The notes beneath the pieces were generated by a model. The model made no database searches. It was given only the letters and a program-made list of their open reading frames with translations, and had not been told where the DNA came from. Both the position numbers and the translations under genes were made by a program. Below are positions 37,969 to 51,101 of a stretch of DNA of 64,000 nucleotides, piece by piece. Source of the stretch: Convolutriloba macropyga (lineage: Eukaryota); the NCBI RefSeq assembly GCF_964194025.1, contig NC_134477.1, forward strand, positions 45,446,001 through 45,510,000, given 5' to 3'. How positions within the stretch are numbered: the stretch's first letter is position 1; each line of letters begins with the position of its first letter.

Positions 37969-40900
37969 TTCAATATGGTAGAAGGCAGCTAAAGGCTGTG
38001 CCTTTATCGATTTTGCTCGTTGTTGACTTTGAGTTTTGATAAGTGGTGCAATTTATTTAAGTTAGCATCACTTGATCTTCATCACATGATTTTACATTTG
38101 ACTTGTGGTCCTTTAGAACGGGATAAACAGGTAAAGCGAGGAGTGCGTCAAGTTTCTCTTAGAGCCTCACGGTTTGAGAAACATAAATTTGTGGCATGAA
38201 AGGTGGTTCATCCCCACCCCATTTAACCTCCCCCGTAAACTTTTTTGCGCATGTAAATTCCGATTCGTCAACTTTTTTTAATGAGGCACAACAATTCCAC
38301 CATGAAATTTAAATTAGTTTTAGGGAAAACTAAATTGTCATTTGACTTCACTAAGCGAAACAATATCGGGTGCTTCGTCGGCAAGAACTGGTTGCAAGAG
38401 GTTTGTTACCTGATCTGAAAAGGATACCAGCACATTCGGTTTAAAATCTTGGACTGATCAATTCTAAAGTTATAAGCTAAAGGACTAAAATTGATTTGCT
38501 TTTTGTTTTTAATTAACTGTACGCGAAATACGATGATCAGTCTTGAATGAGCTTAATGCATATATTTGTTCCACCATAGCATGGCAGGAACAAATTCAAA
38601 CAGTACAAAGGTTTGAATGAAATTTTTAATGTTAATTCAAGGGTATTAGTAAATGACGTTATAGATGTTTCGTGTCAAACCTTTTTAGTTGATAAAAGTC
38701 TTTTTGATCTCTATTGTACAAGCATCAAAGCTTTGCGCTCACAAACTCTATCGTTGCTATTTTCTCGACTGTTCAGGTTACTGACCTAAAAAACATTGCA
38801 ATCCTTTGATACCCTGAAATCCATTTTAATGAACGCTTCAAATTTTCAAAGCCTGGCCGAAATTGTGCTGTTATTAGAGTTCCCTCGCTGTTTTTGGTTC
38901 AAATTCAGGTCAACTTTCTATTCATTTCATGTATTTGATCGTCAATCATATCAAACTAATTTGTGGTTCTATCAGACATAATTTGACGGCAATTTCATGA
39001 AATCAGTCTCTTCAGATTTCAGGTCAAATAGGATCATCTTCATTTTCGTAACGAGGCGACATTGATACGTCTTTTGTCTTTATTTGACCGTTGTTAGTTG
39101 TGTGTGTACTTAGTTGGACGTTCCGTCAATACACGAAACCAACTATCAGTTATGGTTTGTTTGCTCAGCCAATTTGAACAATTAACGTTGCGTATTAATC
39201 TGAGTCATGCGAGTGTACATATACCTCTGTGACCGAACTGAAAAATGCAGTCAGAGTTTAATGTTGAGTGCTGAAGGTGCTTTCAAAGTTCGTTTTACAT
39301 GCTCAAATTTTGACGTTATGATGGACAGTATTCTGATTTGAATGCTTTTGTGGGTTTTGTTGTCTGATTCAAAAAGCTATCTTTAGTTTTTGTTAAAAAT
39401 TTTTCATGCTCTTTTTGTCTCTATAATGACCATTCATTGAGTTAATGAGGTGGTCTAGTACGCAAAAATTGATTCTGATTGGGTAATATTTGAAAAAAGT
39501 TCTCAAAATTATGTAATCTCTTATGCTTTTAAAAACAAAAACAACATTGTTGTTAGCATGGTAAAATATTTATGAATTTTTAAACAAATGAATTGTAATA
39601 TTTTGTGTGCCTGATATATTCTGTTTCTCTCCAGTTAAAATGTATTTTGAATAATTTAATACGAGTGCATTATACATGCTGCTTCTAGCCCTGTAGTGCT
39701 GACTAAGTACTCTTGTCTGCTGAGAAATATTGATATTTTGTTACAATTGGGAAAAGGTGGATATATTTTTCCCATATTTTACATCTTTTTCTTATGAGGG
39801 GAGGAAAAGACCATGTCTTTTGTTTTCCTCTTCTTAATCTTGTACTTCTCCGCTAGATTTAATATACTCAATGACTGTCAGCTACAATAAATCTGCAGTT
39901 GAAAACAATTTTTCATGCGCGAAATTTTAATTGTTGCAAAATGACATTTTTGAAATTAGACCTTTTTCTATTTTATTCCGTCAATCGACGCGGTTTTTGT
40001 TGAGATGAAAATGGTAACAATATTGTTCCTTTTTTGATAAATCGTAAATGGCGCACCGTAAAGTGAACCTAGAGTACTTCTTTGTCGAGTAACTAACCCT
40101 AACTTTCAAATCTTTCAAATCTTTACTAGCAAAGCCTAGCAAAACCCTCCTCCACTCCTTCCACGCTCTCAAAGACCTCCCCCCTACACCACCCTTTACC
40201 CTTATTCCCAGTTATGGTGCGTGTTTTAAAAGCTTGCGTGAAGCAGTTGTTAAGGTTTTTAATGCATTTCAGAATAGTATACATTGTGGGTGTGCTGCTC
40301 TAGGTTAATTTAAAGAAAACAAATCAATACTCCATTTGGGTTGAATTGGTAGTTGAAGAAGAAGAGAATAGAACTGGATAAAAGTTGCAGAAGATTCAAT
40401 AGTGTTTATTGCCTCGAGGTTTTATTGTGTCCATGTTTGTTCAACCATGCTTTAGTGCCTACCGATAGGTTTGATTATGAATGAACAAAAACTCAATTGA
40501 ACAATTGTGCCACAAAACCGAAAATAGTTTTAATTTTTATTTTCAAGTATTTGTTTGAATATTTGTTTTAAAAAGAAGAGTTCGCCTCTTTCATTTATTT
40601 AGATGTATTGTTGTCAAATCTGATCAAAGAGAACTTCAACAACAGCATATTTAATCCAAGCAGATAATTTTCTTATTGACGACAAATTTTTGAGGACTAT
40701 TTGAATCAAATTGAATTTTCCGAGGACTTCAAGATATCTGGCATATACTTTGGTGTTGGAACTGACGAGGTGAAAATTTTTGAGAGTAGAAAAAGTATGC
40801 AAGATAATTGTTCACAAAGTTCGGCTTAGGTTTTTTTATGCCAATTTTTGTTGGCATTTTATCTTTCTATATTTAACTAAAATCAACAGACCAAATTGTA

Positions 40901-43329
40901 TTTATTCCTACATGAATCCAATTGCGTATGGGCCCAAAAACCTTTGTTTGTATAACTACAAAGGTGGGAAGCAGTCCCATAAACTGTGAACTTTTTCCAC
41001 CCTCAGGCTCTTTTTTAATTCACTCCATGTGAATTTTCAAGCCTGAAGTGCTATTAGATTGTGTCTGAACAAATTGGGTGTGGGGATTGGTCTAAGAACT
41101 TAATTCAATAAACATGCTGAAAAGGTGACAGAAATATATCCCCCCTTTTGAGGGACTGTCAAATTTTATAGAACATTTGAGAGGGTTAATTTCATTCCAA
41201 TAGCTCCTATGGTGGCCTTTATTCAAGGTCCTTTTTCGAAATTTGATTTTCGGATTTAGATTTGCTGTTTTGATGTAAAAGTTGAGCACAGATATTTTGA
41301 GAATTAGTTATGAGATCGAAAAGCAAGATTTCGCGTTTATGTTCAAAGATCGCTTTTAGGATTGTGTTTGAATCAGCTGGATCTATTGGAAAGTTGTTTT
41401 TCTATCTTAACAAGAAAAGAATTCCTGAAAATTAACGTCTTTTGACAGGTTAAATTCTGTTTTTGGCGGCCTAATTAAGACAATTTTTGTTAAGGAATCC
41501 TGTCAGTTTTCTGTGTCAACACCGCTGAATAGTATCACAAAGTGAACTCAAAACAACTGCGTGTTTGCCAAGACATACAGGGGCGTTTTGACTTAAAGGC
41601 TTTTAACCACGGAAAGGCGAGCTAATGAGTTTTCATTGAAGATTGAGTAAGCGACCCAGTTTGTGGTTCTTACGTTTCTGGCTTCAAAAGTAGGTTTGAA
41701 CAGCGCCACGGAAGTGGAACTCAGTTAAGAAAAACTGGGTTATTTATGACCGTGTTTCTATTTTGTCGAAACCATAATCATGCAATTGTGAAAAGCGTGA
41801 ACAAATGCGAGATATTCGAAGTTGCCCAGAGCGATGCATATAACGTGACTAAATTTGCGTTTGTTTCTCCTGCTTTTCCATTTACAAACTAAAATGCCCA
41901 GATAGAAAACGAAACATCAACAAAATCGTTTTTTTTTGCGCATATGATTCTCGGGCTTTCAAATGTGTATGTCGTTTTAGCCGCGTGAAAATTAAAATTC
42001 CTAAGTTAGACCGCTCGTAAAGCAATCTTTGTTAATTATGCAGTTGGGCAAACTTAATCATGTAGAACCCCTAACTAAAATTATTTATGGTGTTTTTTCT
42101 AAAATACCTAAATTTGCTAACACTAAGACAATGTGTTAAGTTAGAAATTATATCTGCTCGAAAAAGCTGACAATGGTTAAGATTCTTAATAATGGCCCTT
42201 CTTCACTTGTTGTGACATGTGAACAGATGTTCTTTTAACCAACAAAGAACAATCTAAGAGGTGAAATCTTTATTTGTTCACTCCGCTTCAGCCATGTTTG
42301 CAAGCTTCTGACGTATACTGACTAATTGACATCAAATGTGCTTTTTGTTTTTGTATAGCATTTGATGATTTTGTGGCAATAATTGGGAAGTTGTTTCATA
42401 TATTGACGCTTTGTTTCCTTTGCAGTCAGATCAATACCAATTATGACGGATTTATGACCAGAACAGCTTTTAATGTGAATTCGCACAAATCCGCATCAAT
42501 TTTCATGCAGATAATTCAGACGTGCAATCTCTAACAAATGAAATTTTCATGTAAAAGAAGTATTTATTTAGTGAATTTCTTGAACACCCTTCTCTGAACT
42601 CACGATTCATTTTTGTATGTTCTTTGAAGTTCGAAAAAATATTGTAATTTTAAAGTTCTCGAAATTGTTGAGCAAAAAATTTCCCTGTGCAATGATTAAA
42701 TTTTATTTTGGCCCATCCAGTGTTCTTCTTGAAGCGACCCAAATTTTTTCTTGGCAGTCTGCCAAAGCTTCCATTAGCCACCAAAGATCAAATTCAGAAG
42801 TTTATCGCCTGATGATTTTTTGAATATCAACGCGAGGAAGTCCAGTGGCTAACTGTCTTGCTATGAGTTTGATGTACTTAAGTTTGCGCATTCTGCTGTT
42901 GGCGGCTCTCATACTTAGATACCGAAAAGTTATTGCACCTCCGTTTTTTGCTGATAAGTGGTAGCTGAAATCTAGACAATCCGTCAGAGTCTTGAACCGA
43001 GGCAAGAGAGGAGCATCAGCCTTGTAAGACACTGGTCTCTCTCCACATCTTAATAGAACTTCACTGCTATGTGACCATTTGCCAACACTTGAGCTATGGT
43101 TTTTAATTGGTCGTGAACGATGTTTGACGCAACTGGTGTAAACGTCTTGGTCTTTCATGCAAAATTTTAGACTGACCGTTTTTGTGTTTTAATGTCTCAT
43201 GTCTTGCAATCAGCCTGTCTTTTACTCTTTAGTGAACGGCTTTAATTGAGAATTCTTTAACCAAAATTTCACTACTAAAATTAAATAAAAAGTGCGCCAA
43301 AATTGGTGTTTTTTTTACTTTAAATTTTA

Positions 43330-43882
43330 TTAATTGCTCTTGAACGTTGTTCATAGCAATTATTGTAAACGTGTGTCTTTTTTTATGCAAAATTTTCGCT
43401 TGACAATTTTGAGCTTTTCTTCTAGAACATTCTTTGACTTCTCAAGTGACTTTTTCACGCTTTCATTCTTCATTTTTGAGTCAGGGTAGAGACGATTCGA
43501 GTCGTTTCCGGTATTCTACCGGCTATGTTTTTATGCAAAATTTTCGCTTGACAATTTTGTTTTCGAGTGACTTTTACGCCCTTGACTTTTTGCATTTCGC
43601 GTGATCTAAAATTCCCTCTCAATCAGAATTTCAAGCAGCTGAACTCAATTGGCGGCAATTTAATACTAAAAGGCAAATGAAAAGTGCGCCGAAACTGTTG
43701 TCATTTTTTACTTTAAATCTTAATAGTGGTATATGTTAACCTCTAATGTGGTTATTTAAAGCCCACTATAGAACTTCTTAGTCCCATTTAGGCTCCCCCC
43801 GACTGAAGCAGGCTGCAATTGATTAGAGCTCCCACTAGTCATTCAAGAGCAATTCTTCCGACGTTTAGTCGGTTATGTTTAG
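43330..43882 (+). mobile_element. HINE/DINE-1-like (Helentron-associated) element, family 1
   Basis: 5' subTIR aattgctcttgaac followed by its partial inverted copy gttcatagcaatt; 3' subTIR ttcaagagcaatt then hairpin ccgac-gttta-gtcgg and a T-rich end. An extra 3' end follows at ~43956-44036. Confidence 0.8.
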
Positions 43883-44263
43883 TGGTTGTTATAGTGGTTT
43901 ATAAATACTTCTATTGACGTCATTTGAAGTCGCTTAGTGAATTAAGTTCTTTTCGCGGACTGAAGCAGGTTTCAAATGATTTGAGCTACCACTGGTTGTT
44001 GGAGAGCAGTTATCCCGACATTAGTCGGGCATGTTTGTGTTCGTCATAGGTTAGTGTATAAGAAACAGTGTGCTCGCTTTTTAAGGTTTTCTCGCCAAAT
44101 TGCTTACAATTCTTGTTTTAGCAAATCTCTTGAAGCCCAACCGTTGCTGAACCAAAAAATTTTTTCAACAGAGGTGTATCTTGAAATCAAAGGGCCCTAG
44201 CTCATCTTGAAAAACGCAGAAAACATAATTTTTGCTCCAGTTCTGATCACTTACATCCTTCTT

Positions 44264-44655
44264 TTAATTGCTCTTGAAAGTTCATAGCAATTATTGTAAA
44301 CGTGTTGGTCTTTTTTATGCAAATTTTTTGCTTGAACATTTTGCGCTTTTCTTCTTTGACTTCTCAAGTGACTTTTTCACGCTTTCGTTCATCATTTTTG
44401 AGTGATCTCAATTGCTGTCACTCAAAAGTATTGCTTGTTGCTAATATAAAACAGGTTGCAGTATAACGAAAATAAGTGACTCCTAACGCATTGGTTAGTG
44501 TGGGTGGTTATGGATCGGGAGGTCAAGGGTTCGAATCCCCGCGGGGGCAAGAATTTTTGCACCCATAAAGAAAATTTGATCTAGGCTATTGTCCTTCTTA
44601 ATTATGTTGCCTCGCCTGTCGTTCAAGAGCAATTCTTCCGACATTTTTTGGTTTA
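44264..44655 (+). mobile_element. HINE family 1 copy containing a tRNA-like sequence
   Basis: aattgctcttgaaagttcatagcaatt at the 5' end and gtcgttcaagagcaattcttccgac at ~44618-44642. Confidence 0.7.
44478..44549 (+). pseudogene. tRNA-derived pseudogene or SINE head (possibly tRNA-Arg(ACG)-like)
   Basis: 72 nt with A-box-like taacgcattgg, intact B-box ggttcgaatccc, partly pairing acceptor stem (gactcct/cgggggc) and a downstream T run. The anticodon stem does not pair. Confidence 0.6.
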
Positions 44656-45987
44656 TGGTTACAAAGAGTGAGCCAGCTTTTCAATCTGGAAACTGATTCG
44701 ATTTATTTGGTGCCCCAAAACATCAAGTTCCAAAATTCTTTTTTATATAAAATTTAATTCTTTTTTCACGTCATATTTTAAGTCACCAGCTTTATCTGCT
44801 TAATGGTAGTATGCAATATATCTATTCAAGTATGTTTTCTAGAGCGTTCTTTGCTCTCAAGTGGCCTTTTCACGCTTGACTTTTTAATTTTTGCATTATA
44901 TAATTTGCTCTCATTCTGAAATTGAATTTGTTGCTGGCGAGTAAGTAGCCAAGCCGCTCGCTTACGATCGCATTCATATTAGAAATCTGTTTATTGTATC
45001 CTTCTAACAAGTTACTGAGAATCTTAATGTTTGGGACTTACAATTGGTTTAAACGATATTGATAACAACATTATTTTAAGAAATTGTGAAATGAGAGTAG
45101 TAGTTTGTTCGCTTTCGTTTTTTATTTTTGTATGCTCTGTTGACTATCAAAGGGTCCTGTTTTTTGTGTTTGTTTTGGTTTTTGCTTTGTTGTCTTTGGA
45201 ATACTGTTCCTCTAATCAGGCCGATACCCAGGTCTTGATTTTTAAAAAAAATGTACTGCAATGTTTTTCATATCGTCTCACATTTTTTTTGTTTTGAGAT
45301 TTTTTATTTCAATGAAAAGTCAAATGAAAGTAGTGATTTTAGTCACGCTAGAATAGGGAAGGGAATTGTTCATTGCTGCTTCAAAAAAATTGAGCTAATT
45401 TTTGAGTTTAGGCTGTGTTTGTTGACCTTTTTAATGTGTTTTCACTCAGAAAATTTAATGAAAAAGTTCATTGGTATTCTTTTGAGACATGAATAAAAGT
45501 AAATAATAATTTCAATGCATAGATGTTGGTTTCGACTACTCCAAAATTAATTTGTTTAAAGAAAAAAAATTAAATTAAATTTATGGTGTTATTCTTTTCA
45601 ATGCCTGTTACATATGCTCAATAACGACTGATATTTGCTTTCTAATGAAGCATCAGTGAGTTAATTTGGAATAGTGTTTGAAATAGTGGTTAATGTTACA
45701 TATTACCCTAACTTTCTAAGTTTCGTACAAGGTGAGTGAATATGTGAGTTTTGCCCTTATCTGTTGCTCTTTTGATGACCTGTTGCTTAGGCCTATTACT
45801 CTCATCTGCTTCCTAATGAGGCATAAGTTCGTTTTAGGTGTTTCTGTTGATAGTTAATGGGCTACAGTTTTTGTGACCTTCTATTGACCATGTTTATATT
45901 GAATTTTTTAGTTTTACATTTAGTAATTACTGAACAGTCTTCTCGGCAAGATACTGAAAGATAAGTGATTCTTTTTAATTTTTTTTG

Positions 45988-46437
45988 TTTAATAGCCGCC
46001 TGCAGCCTGTCAAGTTACTTCACTTTATGTTTCAACTGAATGGATTTTTTTTCTTTCCCGTATTGAATTATGTAATGTATAGAATTATGTAATGTACAAA
46101 ACTTTGAATCATGTAATGAGCAAAGTCAAAAGAAACGGGATAAAAATTTAAAGTCCAGTCATTACTTCATAATGCATTAGGTTTTCAAAGATCATTAAAG
46201 CGATTGCCAGCTGGCCTTAGTATTATGCTTAATAGCTTTCTGTTTAGAAGCTGAATTAAGTGTAATTTTAGAATCTATCCGAATATGCAGAATGTACACA
46301 CCAAATATGAACACTTCGACGCTTAGAATAATTCGGACAGTTTCTATTTCTTATTTTGTTATTTTTCTGTTTCAATCCCAATGTTCGTCATGCGGGTTAA
46401 CGGCGGCTATTTTCCGGCAATTTGCCGGCTACGTATG
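45988..46437 (+). mobile_element. HINE-like element, family 2
   Basis: subTIRs aatagccgcc (45991) / ggcggctatt (46402), then hairpin ccggca-att-tgccgg. Body is similar to 52170-52535. Confidence 0.75.
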
Positions 46438-47662
46438 TAACGCTTTGTCTTGCTCTTTTCTTTAATTCAATACTAATTTTTGAGGTCCCTTTTTTCTTTC
46501 ATTTGCACTAACTCATTCTGCTGACAGATCTCATCTGATTTTTTTTTCTTCTGTTTAATTGTCTTTGTTCAATGTTTTCTGTTTGAAAGTAACAATTTAA
46601 ATGATTTTGATACTACTTTTTTAACAAAATGTTGATGGGTTTTTGATTATTTTGTTACAAATCAAAGAATATGTGTTGTATTCGGGCGCAGTCTTAAATT
46701 TTTTTACGATCTGTTCACACGTCTTTATTATTTTTGAAGTTAAATTGAAGTAATAATTTTGGTCTCGCCGAAATAGGAAATGGAGCGAAAAAGCGAGTGG
46801 CTTTGCTGCGTGAAATTTTTTCACAGTAATTTTAAGGTAGAGTGAGAAAACGGGAAAACGTTGGTTCAACAAACATGCGCTTGTTTTGTTCATATTCGAT
46901 TATTCGAATTTGTCTTTCAATGTTTTTCTTTCAATTTTTACTATCGCATTTTCTAAATCGTTTTTCCAATCCTCTGCATAGTATATTCTTGCTGTAGTTC
47001 TTTTTTGTTTAGTCAATGAAAATTCTTTGAATTGTAGTTCAGGACTTGTCCTGCTATTTTTTTTTCATAATTCAATTATATGGTTAGCTTTACCTTGGAT
47101 CACTGCTTGTTCAACATTTTGCGTGGAATTTTTTGGCTGCTTCATTGTTCACTCACTCGGCTTAAAATGAACAGCAATGCAATCTGAAATGTAGAGAGTC
47201 AATATTGAACAAAGAAATCAAAAATTGAAATGTTTTAAATCAGTTAAGATCAGTTTTTGGTACCCAGTATTTAAACTTTGTTCTAATTGGTCTTCGTTAG
47301 CAGGTCTAATGTTCATTGTATTGAGACTAATCCCTCTGTCATCGCTTTTGGAGGCTGTGAGTATATCCAGCTTTAAAATCTAATCGTGATAGCTTGCGCT
47401 TTGTGCTACAGTAATTTTTTTGAAATAATTTTTTAAGTTGTTTCAATCTCAATCGGGGTTATGTGACTCAAGCGCGGCTATTTTCTGGCAATCTGCCGTG
47501 TGTATTTTACCGTGTTTTCATCCTTGCTTAGGTTTTTGAGTTTCTGATGAAGCTCACTCGTCTTTTTTGCCAGAACGCTTTACTAATAAGAAATACTAAT
47601 AAAGCATATTTGAGTAAAAGTTTTAAGTTCATTGTTGCGCTCCTTTTTGTGTGGATAGTTAG

Positions 47663-47690
47663 GTTCAGCACAGCATGCCAGGCGCCATTA
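47663..47690 (+). CDS. Candidate start micro-exon of the Ig-superfamily gene (VQHSMPGAI)
   Basis: ttag|gtt...atta|gtgatg. ATG at 47675 and a phase-1 end that joins the 48562 exon to give MPGAITTLLLSLVGFLLPGVCDA. Splice sites are weak. Confidence 0.35.
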
Positions 47691-48561
47691 GTGATGTATG
47701 ATGGTTTCGTTCACGTTTTTTTTGTTGCTTCTCTTAGGCGTGCAACGCAGTATAGTTAAGATTTTGGTAGTTTCAAAGTGTTTTTCAATGGAAGCCAGAC
47801 AGTTCGATTGTTGTGATGAATGGAAAAATGGAAACATATGGACACATCTTTGCCAAGGCCAAGAGTTTTTTTGAATGAATGGTTGGATGCCGAACGTTTG
47901 GCCGACTTAAATTCTTTAGATAATAATACATGCTCGCATTTTGCTGTAGCGTTTTTGGTAGCTGTAGCGAAATAACGTATTCAATAATTATTTTCAGTTT
48001 TGATGGGCAATTTACTCATTTGAGAAATGATTTTGAAGGTGACTTCAATCATTTTTATTCGCAATGTACATTAAACTCCTCTTGTTAGTGGAAATTATAA
48101 ACTTTAGCCGACCATCGGTTAGTTTTTTACACGTTACTAACACACAGGGAGATCAAGTAATTTTCTCTGAGGCTCTCAGTTTTGCGTTCCACTTACGATT
48201 AGTGCTCTTAATCTTACTTTTTGTTCATGACGTGTCTTCTAGCTATGCCAATTTGTGTTCAAATAGTGTTTATTCATGCCTTTTTAAATCAATTTTGATG
48301 GGACCAAGAAAATATTATTCAATAATGAATTTTCATTGAGCAAATTATCAATTTTTCTATAGGCTTCGGCCATTGGATTGTCTCTCAAACGCTGCTTGTT
48401 CTAAGTTTCATTTAGTTTGTACAGCGTTTGAAAATAAATTTCTAATTTAAACTAGCAGCGTCCAATTTGCATTGAGCACAATTGACGTGTAGAACATTTA
48501 AGACTATTGCGTAACTAAATTGAATGAAGAGTAACTGCCACTATTGATGTTTTTATTTTAG

Positions 48562-48759
48562 CCACTCTCCTCCTATCCCTCGTTGGGTTTCTTCTCCCGG
48601 GAGTGTGTGATGCGGCCACCATTTTGCCCTTTGCACCCTCAATCGTGGACCTGCCCAAACTGAAGGCATTCCAGATGAGTGGGCCAGAGTTCAACATCAA
48701 CTGCACCCTCAACATGCAGAACATTCCCACTGTCACCTACAGATGGTTCTTCTCTAAAA
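48562..48759 (+). CDS. Contactin/L1CAM-like Ig-superfamily protein, exon: signal peptide + first half of Ig1
   Basis: Acceptor tttttattttag, donor gtgaga, GC-richer than its flanks. Encodes TLLLSLVGFLLPGVCDAATILPFAPSIVDLP...FNINCTLNMQNIPTVTYRWFFSK, phase 1/1. Confidence 0.85.
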
Positions 48760-48780
48760 GTGAGATAGTTTCACTAAAAA

Positions 48781-50839
48781 TTTTGCAAAATATAAACCAC
48801 AAAAATTGTCCAGCCGTTTCTCGTGAAAAATAAGATAGTGTTTGAATAATATTTTCAAAAAGAAGTTTCATCCGGAATTTATAAATCTTCAAAAATTACC
48901 ACTTATAAATTACAGGTGCATTTACAATCATAGCATTAATGCGCATTGGTTTTTGTAGTTCACACATTTTTGTGTCTGAAATTTTTTTGTCTTGGTATCT
49001 CAACTTTGGTTCAAATGGAGCGGTATTCGTTAAACTGAAAGCTTGAGTAATATCTGTGACATCACGCTGTACGGTTTTTAAAGACAATCGGCATGCGGCG
49101 CTTGGATCAAATGATGACCTTTAAGGCAGATCATGAGAAACTCGTTTCAACTCATGATCAAAGATTTGAATTCATGTGGAATACTTTGAAGGCGCGCCAA
49201 AGAGTAATGAATGGTTTGTTTTTAATGTTAGGAAAGCTATTTTTGTGACTGTGCTTGGACACTTCAGTGAACTCTTCTATGCTATTGTTACTTTGATTAT
49301 TAAAGTAGAGTATAAAGTGCTCAATGTACTGAAGCCATATCGAGCAAGGATGACGTACGTAAATGACCTTTAATGCAATTTAATTTCGAACAGCGAAGAA
49401 TCTGAGTAACGACCCGTATCAATGTCTTGCAAATTTGTGTTTGAAGCAAGATTAATTGTGTGATTTTGCAGAAGTGACTTAATAATATATTGTTTTCTGT
49501 AGTCAGCAAAATTATTTCAAATTACAACCCCGTAAAATAAAGTTTTCTATTCATCCGAACTCTGTTATTGTTTGACTGGATAGAAAATGATCGACATTTT
49601 TCTTAGATTTTTGTGATATAAATTGAATGTGTGTACATAATGAAATTTTTAGATGAAACATTTTTTATACTTATATGATAAGTTTTTAAATTCCGTTCTT
49701 ATTTGAAAGGTGTGAATTTAAAAGGAAAAAAGCTTTTCCTCGAATAAAATTGCAATCGATCATAAGTTCAAGTATCAGCAGATATTGATCATAATTTTGG
49801 ATTTAAGTTTTGCAAAATATAAACCACAAAAATTGTCCAGCCGTTTCTCGTGAAAAATAAGATAGTGTTTGAATAATATTTTCAAAAAGAAGTTTCATCC
49901 GGAATTTATAGATCTTCAAAAATTACCACTTATAAATTACAGGTGCATTTACAATCATAGCATTAATGCGCATTGGTTTTTGTAGTTCACACATTCTTGT
50001 GTCTGAAATTTTTTTGTCTTGGTATCTCAACTTTGGTTCAAATGGAGCGGTATTCGTTAAACTGAAAGCTTGAGTAATATCTGTGACATCACGCAGTACG
50101 GTTTTTAAAGACAATCGGCATGCGGCGCTTGGATCAAATGATGACCTTTAAGGCAGATCATGAGAAACTCGTTTCAATTGTTCATGATCAAAGATTTGAA
50201 TTCATGTGGAATACTTTGAAGGCGCGCCAAAGAGTAATGAATGGTTTGTTTTTAATGTTAGGAAAGCTATTTTTGTGACTGTGCTTGGACACTTCAGTGA
50301 ACTCTTCTATGCTATTGTTACTTTGATTATTAAAGTAGAGTATAAAGTGCTCAATGTACTGAAGCCATATCGAGCAAGGATGACGTACGTAAATGACCTT
50401 TAATGCAATTTAATTTCGAACTGCGAAGAATCTGAGTAACTACCCGTATCAATGTCTTGCAAATTTGTGTTTGAAGCAAGATTAATTGTGTGATTTTGCA
50501 GAAGTGACTTAATAATATATTGTTTTCTGTAGTCAGCAAAATTATTTCAAATTACAACCCCGTAAAATAAAGTTTTCTATTCATCCGAACTCTGTTATTG
50601 TTTGACTGGATAGAAAATGATCGACATTTTTCTTAGATTTTTGTGATATAAATTGAATGTGTGTACATAATGAAATTTTTAGATGAAACATTTTTTATAC
50701 TTATATGATAAGTTTTTAAATTCCGTTCTTATTTGAAAGGTGTGAATTTAAAAGGAAAAAAGCTTTTCCTCGAATAAAATTGCAATCGATCATAAGTTCA
50801 AGTATCAGCAGATATTGATCATAATTTTGGATTTAAGTT
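48781..50839. repeat. Near-perfect ~1.03-kb tandem duplication in intron
   Basis: ttttgcaaaatataaaccac begins at 48781 and again at 49808. Duplicated ORFs 49176/50206 are identical, with only a few substitutions and a 3-bp indel elsewhere. Confidence 0.97.
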
Positions 50840-51101
50840 GATGCCTAGCCGCTTGAGTCATCTAGTGGGCTCTAATTGCACTCTTATTTTCGACCATCCA
50901 AGAATCACTTTTTAATTATTGCTGTATATTTTTGTACGACGCTTTCATAAATTTTAAACTGAAGTTGAATGGGTTACGCTGGAGGGCACCATAATGTGAA
51001 GTTTTTGAGCCCTACTAGTCTATAAAGTAGACACCCCAAATTTTTTTAGGACAGTACCACATCGAATTTTTTCTGATTTCAATTTGCCCTACGCTAGTCG
51101 G

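Noticed and set aside
40760-40780. ctgacgaggtgaaa as a hammerhead core
   Set aside because: Only 3 nt between the boxes, so no stem II, and no supporting stems.
42600-43160. Minus-strand 118-aa ORF, vaguely like a decayed LTR-retrotransposon pol
   Set aside because: No diagnostic motif could be pinned down; needs TBLASTX against a repeat database.
44478-44549. Functional tRNA gene
   Set aside because: Anticodon stem is unpaired and acceptor and T stems are mismatched; kept only as a pseudogene or SINE head.
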